Shown: positions 58,058 through 64,000 of the stretch, piece by piece
Layout of the letters: each line of letters begins with the position of its first letter
Position numbering within the stretch: position 1 is the first letter of the stretch
Sequence record: DRR723986_9968
Direction: 5' to 3' (one strand)
Length of the DNA stretch: 64,000 nucleotides
The notes under the pieces: generated by a model
Told to the model about the DNA's origin: nothing
The model's input: the letters and a program-made list of their open reading frames with translations, nothing else
Databases searched by the model: none
Made by a program: the position numbers and the translations under genes

Positions 58058-59296
58058 ATGAAATTTGAAGATTACCGCATATCTTATCAGCTGAAAAACA
58101 ATTTGGATCAAATGGGTTTTAAAAGACCCACCGATATTCAATTTAAATGTATTCCTGCGATACAAAAAGGTGAAGATTTATTAGCAATTGCTCAAACTGG
58201 GACTGGGAAAACTGCAGCTTTTGGAATACCCTTAATTGATAAAATTCAATTAATCAAACAAAAGACAAAGACGCATGCAATTCGGGGCATTATTATGGTG
58301 CCAACGCGTGAGTTAGCGGTTCAAATCACTGAAGTGCTACATCAATTAGGTAGAAATACAAGTGTACGAACACAAGTTATTTACGGTGGAGTTGAGCAAG
58401 ACGCTCAAATTGATGCCCTAATAAAAGGGGTGGATATTATTGTTACAACACCAGGTAGGATGTTTGATTTAACATCACAAGGCTACATCAAATTAGATAA
58501 GATAGAGGTGTTGGTTTTGGATGAAGCTGATCACATGTTAGATTTAGGTTTTTATAAGGACATTCAAGATCTCATAAGATTTTTGCCGGAACGAAGACAG
58601 ACACTTTTCTTTTCGGCAACCATAGATAAAAAAATTAAAAAATTAGCCTATTCATTGGTTCGTAACGCCATCAGAATCCAAATTTCACCAAAAGATCCAG
58701 TATCAAAAAATGTAGCGCATTCAGTAGCCTATGTTGAAATGGATGATAAACGTTTTTTCCTTGAACGCTTAATCAAAGAAAATCCTGATTTCAAATTTTT
58801 GGTCTTTGTACGGACAAAAGTTCGAGCTGAAAGAGTTAAAGCGGCTATGGCTAGAGTTGATTTGATTACAGACACCATTCATGGAGATATAGAACAGCAG
58901 CAACGAGAAGATGTGTTGGAGCAGTTTAAAAATGGAAGTTTAAAAGTGCTGATCGCTACAGATGTCAGTTCTCGTGGAATTGATATTCCCGGGATTGATT
59001 TTGTTGTTAATTATGATTTACCTGATCAGGCAGAGAATTATGTGCACAGAGTTGGTCGTACCGGAAGAGGCCGCGCAAAAGGTCAAGCTTTAACTTTCTG
59101 TAGTTCAGGTGAGAAAGAATTGTTAGAGGCAATTGAGAAATATACATCAGTGCCCATAGAAGTTGCAGAAATTAATAAGGCCGAGTATCAAGAAACCGTT
59201 ACTTTCACCGAACAAGGCACAGACAATTGGCAAGCTCTTTTAGAGAAAGACGAAGCCGATAAAAAGAAAAAAAGAAAAGGAAAGAAGAAAAAATAA
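58058..59296 (+). CDS. DEAD-box RNA helicase (RhlE-like)
   Basis: AQTGTGKT, PTRELA, TPGR, DEAD, SAT and HRVGRTGR motifs; Lys-rich tail. Confidence 0.95.
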   Translation: MKFEDYRISYQLKNNLDQMGFKRPTDIQFKCIPAIQKGEDLLAIAQTGTGKTAAFGIPLIDKIQLIKQKTKTHAIRGIIMVPTRELAVQITEVLHQLGRNTSVRTQVIYGGVEQDAQIDALIKGVDIIVTTPGRMFDLTSQGYIKLDKIEVLVLDEADHMLDLGFYKDIQDLIRFLPERRQTLFFSATIDKKIKKLAYSLVRNAIRIQISPKDPVSKNVAHSVAYVEMDDKRFFLERLIKENPDFKFLVFVRTKVRAERVKAAMARVDLITDTIHGDIEQQQREDVLEQFKNGSLKVLIATDVSSRGIDIPGIDFVVNYDLPDQAENYVHRVGRTGRGRAKGQALTFCSSGEKELLEAIEKYTSVPIEVAEINKAEYQETVTFTEQGTDNWQALLEKDEADKKKKRKGKKKK

Positions 59297-59318
59297 AAGG
59301 AGCCGAAGCCCCTTCTAT

Positions 59319-60512
59319 TTATTTTGATGCCATTATCCCTTTTTGATAGCAGAGATAGCTGTTTTCGTTTGATAAAATTTGAATCTCGACATCAGTTAAA
59401 TCCATTAATATTACCGAAAGCATTGTTCGTTCAAGTTGTAATTTTGAAACATCTACTTTTCTCAAAATTTCAAGCCCTTCAATATTTTTATTGTATTCTT
59501 CTATGGCCTTAGTAAATGCCTTGTGAGAATATTCATCATTGGCATGTGTGAAATGATTATGAATTACTCTTGTGTCATTAGGATTTGATAAATCTTCAAA
59601 ATCAATAGATGCGGCTTCCTCAATACTAACATTTTCAGATTTAGCGATTAAATTTAACCTCACCCCTTCAATGGTTTGCATAACGCTTTTCGTTGCTTCT
59701 CTTAATTGAAGTATTTGATCATCATTCTCAGACAAGGTTTGGAACAGATCGTCATTTTGGCTTTGGTATTGATTCAAGTTTTCTACCTGAAAATTGGCCT
59801 TAGACTCAACACTTTCCATCACATCTTTAGACGGTTTTAAATTTACCATGGCAAAAATGAGCCCAGTTCCTGCAACCATAAATGTGGTGTGCACGATTCC
59901 GTTAAATCTGGTTTCAGGGTTTCGATATCTCGTGATAAAATAGACCGGAATAAAGATAGCCGCGAACAGTCCAAGACTGCCAAGCACCATCATATTTGCT
60001 CCTGGCCAATGGAAGATCTTAAATAAAAACCCGATAGTAATAATTGAACCTAAAATAAATCCGAATGTGATAATAAATCGATTCGTTGGTTCGGTTTCAT
60101 CTCTAAATTTCATAACAATATTTAATGGAATAAAAACCAATCCGAAAAATCCAAGCGCCAACAAAAGTAGCACTCCGGCACCTGGCCAATGCTGAAGTTT
60201 GAATAAACTTCCTAAGAGGCATAAAACAACTGTAATACCCCCTGTAATTTTTAATGTACGTCTCATAGCACGATAGTATTTAAATGTTATTAATTGTTCT
60301 GTTTCTTCTTCGATTTCACGCAGTTCATTGCGATAAAATCGGGCAATAGTATTCTTATAGAACTCAATAAAATTGGTTCCAACAGGCATTTCATTTTCAA
60401 TGATACAACAGACGTGATCCAAGATATTGTACTTGACGTCCTCAGTTACAATTCCTTTTTTCGCTATATCATCTAAAATAAAATCTACTTCTTCGTCAGT
60501 AACTTTATGCAT
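59319..60512 (-). CDS. Membrane protein with two GldL-N-like TM repeats and a GldM-N-like periplasmic region
   Basis: LFKLQHWPGA and LFKIFHWPGA motifs; N-terminal ILDHVCCIIE domain; helical C-terminus. Confidence 0.65.
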   Translation of the reverse strand: MHKVTDEEVDFILDDIAKKGIVTEDVKYNILDHVCCIIENEMPVGTNFIEFYKNTIARFYRNELREIEEETEQLITFKYYRAMRRTLKITGGITVVLCLLGSLFKLQHWPGAGVLLLLALGFFGLVFIPLNIVMKFRDETEPTNRFIITFGFILGSIITIGFLFKIFHWPGANMMVLGSLGLFAAIFIPVYFITRYRNPETRFNGIVHTTFMVAGTGLIFAMVNLKPSKDVMESVESKANFQVENLNQYQSQNDDLFQTLSENDDQILQLREATKSVMQTIEGVRLNLIAKSENVSIEEAASIDFEDLSNPNDTRVIHNHFTHANDEYSHKAFTKAIEEYNKNIEGLEILRKVDVSKLQLERTMLSVILMDLTDVEIQILSNENSYLCYQKGIMASK

Positions 60513-60849
60513 TACTCGTTTTTGAATCTAAATCCAATAAAAAACGCATAGTGTTCATGAAATCTGATAATTCATTGACTCTTTCGTTGGCTGTGTTTAT
60601 ACCCTGATCAGTGAGCCGATAATACTTGCGAACGCGTTTCCCAATATATTCCTTCTCGGTAGTAACATCACCATGCTTTTCAAGCGCATGTAGAGTAGGA
60701 TAAAGTGCTCCCTCAGTAATTTGAATCTTATCTGAAGTCATTTCTTTTACCTTATGAGTGATTTCATACCCATACATTCTGTCATTGTCTTTTAACAGGT
60801 TTAAAACGATTGTTTTTAAAGTTCCTTTTATTAGTTCTGATGAATACAT
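60505..60849 (-). CDS. PadR family transcriptional regulator
   Basis: ELIKGTL, MYGYEI, EGALYPTLH and RKYYRLT motifs; ATG 60849 lies downstream of TATATTTG. Confidence 0.93.
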   Translation of the reverse strand: MYSSELIKGTLKTIVLNLLKDNDRMYGYEITHKVKEMTSDKIQITEGALYPTLHALEKHGDVTTEKEYIGKRVRKYYRLTDQGINTANERVNELSDFMNTMRFLLDLDSKTSNA

Positions 60850-60853
60850 AATA

Positions 60854-60911
60854 CAAATATACATTTGATTCTTATGTATTGCAAGTTTTAATACATAATT
60901 TTCTTAGGTAT
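60854..60911. promoter_or_regulatory. padR promoter with two palindromic operator candidates
   Basis: ATACAT-N9-ATGTAT (60859-60879) and ATACAT-N9-AGGTAT (60891-60911); -7 element TATATTTG at rc 60854-60861. Confidence 0.65.
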
Positions 60912-60959
60912 TAAATCGAAAAGAAATTAAAACTCAGATTTTACAGGCGTTTTAGGCAT

Positions 60960-60992
60960 AAAAAAAGAGAGGAAAAAAATCCTCTCTTTTTT
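60960..60992. terminator. Intrinsic terminator downstream of porP/sprF
   Basis: AAAAAAGAGAGGA...TCCTCTCTTTTTT perfect stem. Confidence 0.8.
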
Positions 60993-61014
60993 GTATACTA
61001 TTCAATTTAAGTAA

Positions 61015-62031
61015 CTAATGAATCCTTGGTGCACCCAATTTCGATTCGAGTTGAGGCACAAACTTCAAGAAACATTCGACCGCACCAACGCCTTTTGTTG
61101 CTGCTGAAAGCCCAGATAAATTCATGTCATAAGACACACCGGCTGATAAAGAACCTGCTTTATAAATAAGGTTTGCAATTATCGCGTCATTAGATCTGTA
61201 ATAGACTCCTAAAGACAAGGCCATGCCATCAAAATATCCTGTATGTTGAGAAACAGGTTTTAATTCAAATTCGAAATTATTTCCAAAAGTAAACTCGAGA
61301 TTTGGACCTTGTTTCATAGCGAATATTGCTGGATGATAAGACACTTTACTTTCGCCTTGCCAAATATTAAATTGACTATAGAGTGTAAAGTTTCTGTAGA
61401 GTTTCTCCGAGATTTGATAGAAACTTACTTTTTGTCCTGTTAAATGGAATCCGCTAAGTCCAACTTGATACGTGAAGTTTTCGTTCACGCTTGAATTGTA
61501 AAAAACCCCTGCAGAAAAATCAAATTTAGACAGGTTGAAATCACTTAAATTTTCTCCATTTGAAATGGTTTGGTCAAATCCACCACCGTTCCATTGACTA
61601 TCAAAATAAAGTTCATTTTCTTTTAAACTTTGCATGTACATCCCTGGTTGCAACCCAACAGCCAAATAAGACTTCGGTCCCACTTTTATTGAATAATTCA
61701 AAGGGATTGAGATTACGTTGAGGCTATATCTAGCATCTCCAGAAACATCATTGACAAAGTTAATTCCTGCGCCTATAAACCCATTTGATAAAGAACCTTC
61801 AAAAAGTTTAGTGTCAAAACTTGCAGAAATACTTCTAAAAGAAGAGTTTGATAGGGTGAACCACTGTGTTCTGAAATTCGTAAAGAAGCTCATTCCACCT
61901 GGGTTGTGACCTGCAGCACCCGGGTTCAATTGAACCGGATTTTCAAAGAACATAGAGTAATGTTTATCTTGCTGTGCTAAAGAACCAAATGTTAAGCCTA
62001 AAAGCACTGTTATTGTTGCTAATTTTTTCAT
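61015..62031 (-). CDS. PorP/SprF family T9SS membrane protein
   Basis: AQQDKHYSMF, LNPGAAG, FRTQW and GVSYDMN motifs. Confidence 0.92.
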   Translation of the reverse strand: MKKLATITVLLGLTFGSLAQQDKHYSMFFENPVQLNPGAAGHNPGGMSFFTNFRTQWFTLSNSSFRSISASFDTKLFEGSLSNGFIGAGINFVNDVSGDARYSLNVISIPLNYSIKVGPKSYLAVGLQPGMYMQSLKENELYFDSQWNGGGFDQTISNGENLSDFNLSKFDFSAGVFYNSSVNENFTYQVGLSGFHLTGQKVSFYQISEKLYRNFTLYSQFNIWQGESKVSYHPAIFAMKQGPNLEFTFGNNFEFELKPVSQHTGYFDGMALSLGVYYRSNDAIIANLIYKAGSLSAGVSYDMNLSGLSAATKGVGAVECFLKFVPQLESKLGAPRIH

Positions 62032-62037
62032 GTTGCT

Positions 62038-64000
62038 TTATTTGATTAGTGTTACATTACCTTTTTTCAAATTAGTACTTCCATCAATTAATGTGTACTC
62101 TAAATACCAGGCAAAAACTCCAGGATTCTCAGGTTTTCCTTTAAATGTCCCGTCCCATCCAACGTCTTGACTATCGGACTTAAAGACCTGTTGGCCATAT
62201 CTGTTATGGATGACAAAATTCATGGCAACAATACCTTCTCCTTTAACTAAAAGGATGTCATTTTTTCCATCCGAATTTGGTGAGAAACCATTAGGTACAT
62301 CAACAATGTCTTCAAACAATACGAAAACCATCATTGTATCTCTTGCAAGGCATCCTTCAGGTGTAAGGTATTCAACTATATATTCTGTATCTACCAAAGG
62401 AGATGTGTAATTACTTTGACAGGTTGGGCAATCTAAATCACCACCGTCCCAACTGTAATCACCTCCAACTGGAGTTCCGTTAGCTGAAACAAATGCGTCT
62501 GTATTCATATTGATAGTAGTATCTGGAAAAGCAACTAAAGTTGGTTGAACCACAATTGTAACATTAGCAGTTGCTGTAGTACTTCCATTAGCATTGGTTG
62601 CGGTCAGTGTAATTGTGAACACACCTACTGTATCAGGACAAATTGAAGGATGTTGCAGAATAGAAGTGTCTGGATCAGCAGCTCCACCAAAATCCCAGAA
62701 CCAAGATGTAGGACTAAAACTAGAAGTGTCAGTAAATTGAATGCATTCTCCAAAACAAATAAGGGTATCTGAGATTGTGAAACCTGCAGCTGGTGGCGCA
62801 CATGAATTTACGGTCACGACAACATTAGCCGTTGATGATCCACATGAATTGGTCACGGTGTAGGTATAGGTTCCTGCCGGATCTGATGCCGGGTCAAAAT
62901 TACCTGTTCCGGATGCCATTGCTGGCGACCAAGTTCCTCCAGCGTCAGGTCCTCCGCCTAAACTTGCGAATAAATCAGTAACAGGGTCGTCATCACAAAA
63001 GGTTATAGCACCATCTGTACCAGCGTTAGGGGCCGGATTAATCGTAACAACAACATCTGCTGTTAAAGGCGCTCCACCACAAGAATTGACAGAATAAGTA
63101 TAAGTACCTGCCGGATCAACTGATGGATCAAACATTCCTGAACCAGATGTTAAAGCGGGCGTCCACGTTCCACCAGCATCAGGCGTACCTCCTAAGCTTG
63201 CAAATAAATCAGCAGGCGCATCTGATGGACAGAATGCTATTGCTCCATTTGTTCCGGGACTTGGATTAGAATTTATTGTGACAACGACATCTGCCGTTGC
63301 ATTACCACATCCATTTGTAACTGTGTAAGTATAAGTACCTGCGGGGTCTACTGAAGGGTCAAAAACTCCTGTTCCAGAAGCTAAGGCAGGTGCCCATGTT
63401 CCACCGGCATCTGGTGTTCCACCTAAACTTGCAAACAAGTCAGCTGCTGCATCTGTCGGACAGAATGAGGTAGCGCCGTTTGTTCCAGCGTCCGGAGAAG
63501 GATTTAATGTAACCACAACATCAGCCGTAAGCGAACCACAACCGTTGGTCACAGTATAAGAATAAGTTCCTCCAGCATCAACTGCAGGGTCAAAAACTCC
63601 TGTGCCTGAGGCTAAAGCTGGTGCCCATGTTCCACCCACATCCGGAGTACCCCCTAAACTTGCGAAAAGATCAGCTGCGGGATCAGAAGAACAAAAAGAA
63701 ACTGCTCCATTTGTTCCGGCATCTGGTGCAGGGTTAATTGTAACAACAACATCAGCCATGGCATTACCACATCCATTAGTTACTGTGTAAGTATAAGTTC
63801 CTGCAGCATCTACAGCTGGATCAAAAACACCTGTTCCTGAAGACAAGGCCGGAGACCATGTTCCACCAGCATCTGGAGTTCCTCCTAGGCTAGCGAATAA
63901 ATCTGCTGCAGGATCTGTATTACAAAAAGCAATTGCACCGTTTGTTCCGGCGTCTGGTGCCGGGTTCATAGTTACAACGACATCCGCTGTTGCAACACCA
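62038..64000 (-). CDS. T9SS type B cargo with ~77-aa tandem repeats, PKD and CTD (5' end outside the window)
   Basis: The frame stays open to the window edge (GVATADVVVTM...). WFWDFGG PKD and VPNGFSPNSDG..NRYG..WDG CTD. Confidence 0.9.
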   Translation of the reverse strand, partial: GVATADVVVTMNPAPDAGTNGAIAFCNTDPAADLFASLGGTPDAGGTWSPALSSGTGVFDPAVDAAGTYTYTVTNGCGNAMADVVVTINPAPDAGTNGAVSFCSSDPAADLFASLGGTPDVGGTWAPALASGTGVFDPAVDAGGTYSYTVTNGCGSLTADVVVTLNPSPDAGTNGATSFCPTDAAADLFASLGGTPDAGGTWAPALASGTGVFDPSVDPAGTYTYTVTNGCGNATADVVVTINSNPSPGTNGAIAFCPSDAPADLFASLGGTPDAGGTWTPALTSGSGMFDPSVDPAGTYTYSVNSCGGAPLTADVVVTINPAPNAGTDGAITFCDDDPVTDLFASLGGGPDAGGTWSPAMASGTGNFDPASDPAGTYTYTVTNSCGSSTANVVVTVNSCAPPAAGFTISDTLICFGECIQFTDTSSFSPTSWFWDFGGAADPDTSILQHPSICPDTVGVFTITLTATNANGSTTATANVTIVVQPTLVAFPDTTINMNTDAFVSANGTPVGGDYSWDGGDLDCPTCQSNYTSPLVDTEYIVEYLTPEGCLARDTMMVFVLFEDIVDVPNGFSPNSDGKNDILLVKGEGIVAMNFVIHNRYGQQVFKSDSQDVGWDGTFKGKPENPGVFAWYLEYTLIDGSTNLKKGNVTLIK
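62806..64000 (-). repeat. At least five ~231-bp coding tandem repeats
   Basis: Unit NPAPDAGTNG..FC..D..DLFASLGGTPDAGGTWxPAL.SGTGVFDP..D.AGTYTYTVTNGCG...ADVVVT. Confidence 0.9.

Noticed and set aside
412-63790. Many 60-120-aa ORFs antisense to or nested in long genes (e.g. 782, 9555, 40669, 56014)
   Set aside because: Shadow ORFs of well-supported CDSs with no independent coding signal.

Overview
AT-rich chromosomal window from a Bacteroidota bacterium, most likely a Flavobacteriales/Crocinitomicaceae-like organism. This is inferred from TAnnTTTG promoters, MKK-type starts, T9SS cargo genes and hemJ. It carries housekeeping genes (yicC-gmk-nadD-hemJ, uvrC, dksA-lspA, hemA-hemC-hemD, ctaA, a PPIase, a DEAD-box helicase). 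There is a 10-kb dialkylresorcinol (darA/darB, flexirubin-type) cluster with a flavin-dependent halogenase sitting between darA and darB. Four large T9SS type-B cargo genes, two PorP/SprF genes, and several lipoproteins and repeat proteins are also present. I found no rRNA, tRNA, CRISPR, IS or prophage. The most notable unannotated signals are: (1) two candidate minus-strand sRNAs (about 40.3 kb and 57.9 kb) that share a motif antisense to ATGAAAAAA start regions; (2) the halogenase-containing DAR cluster; (3) a REP-like repeat sitting in frame inside nadD; (4) an inverted heptamer array that fills an intergenic space exactly; (5) a PadR-linked GldL/GldM-like fusion protein; and (6) a Trp-rich repeat lipoprotein. 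All family assignments come from motif recognition by eye, not from database searches.
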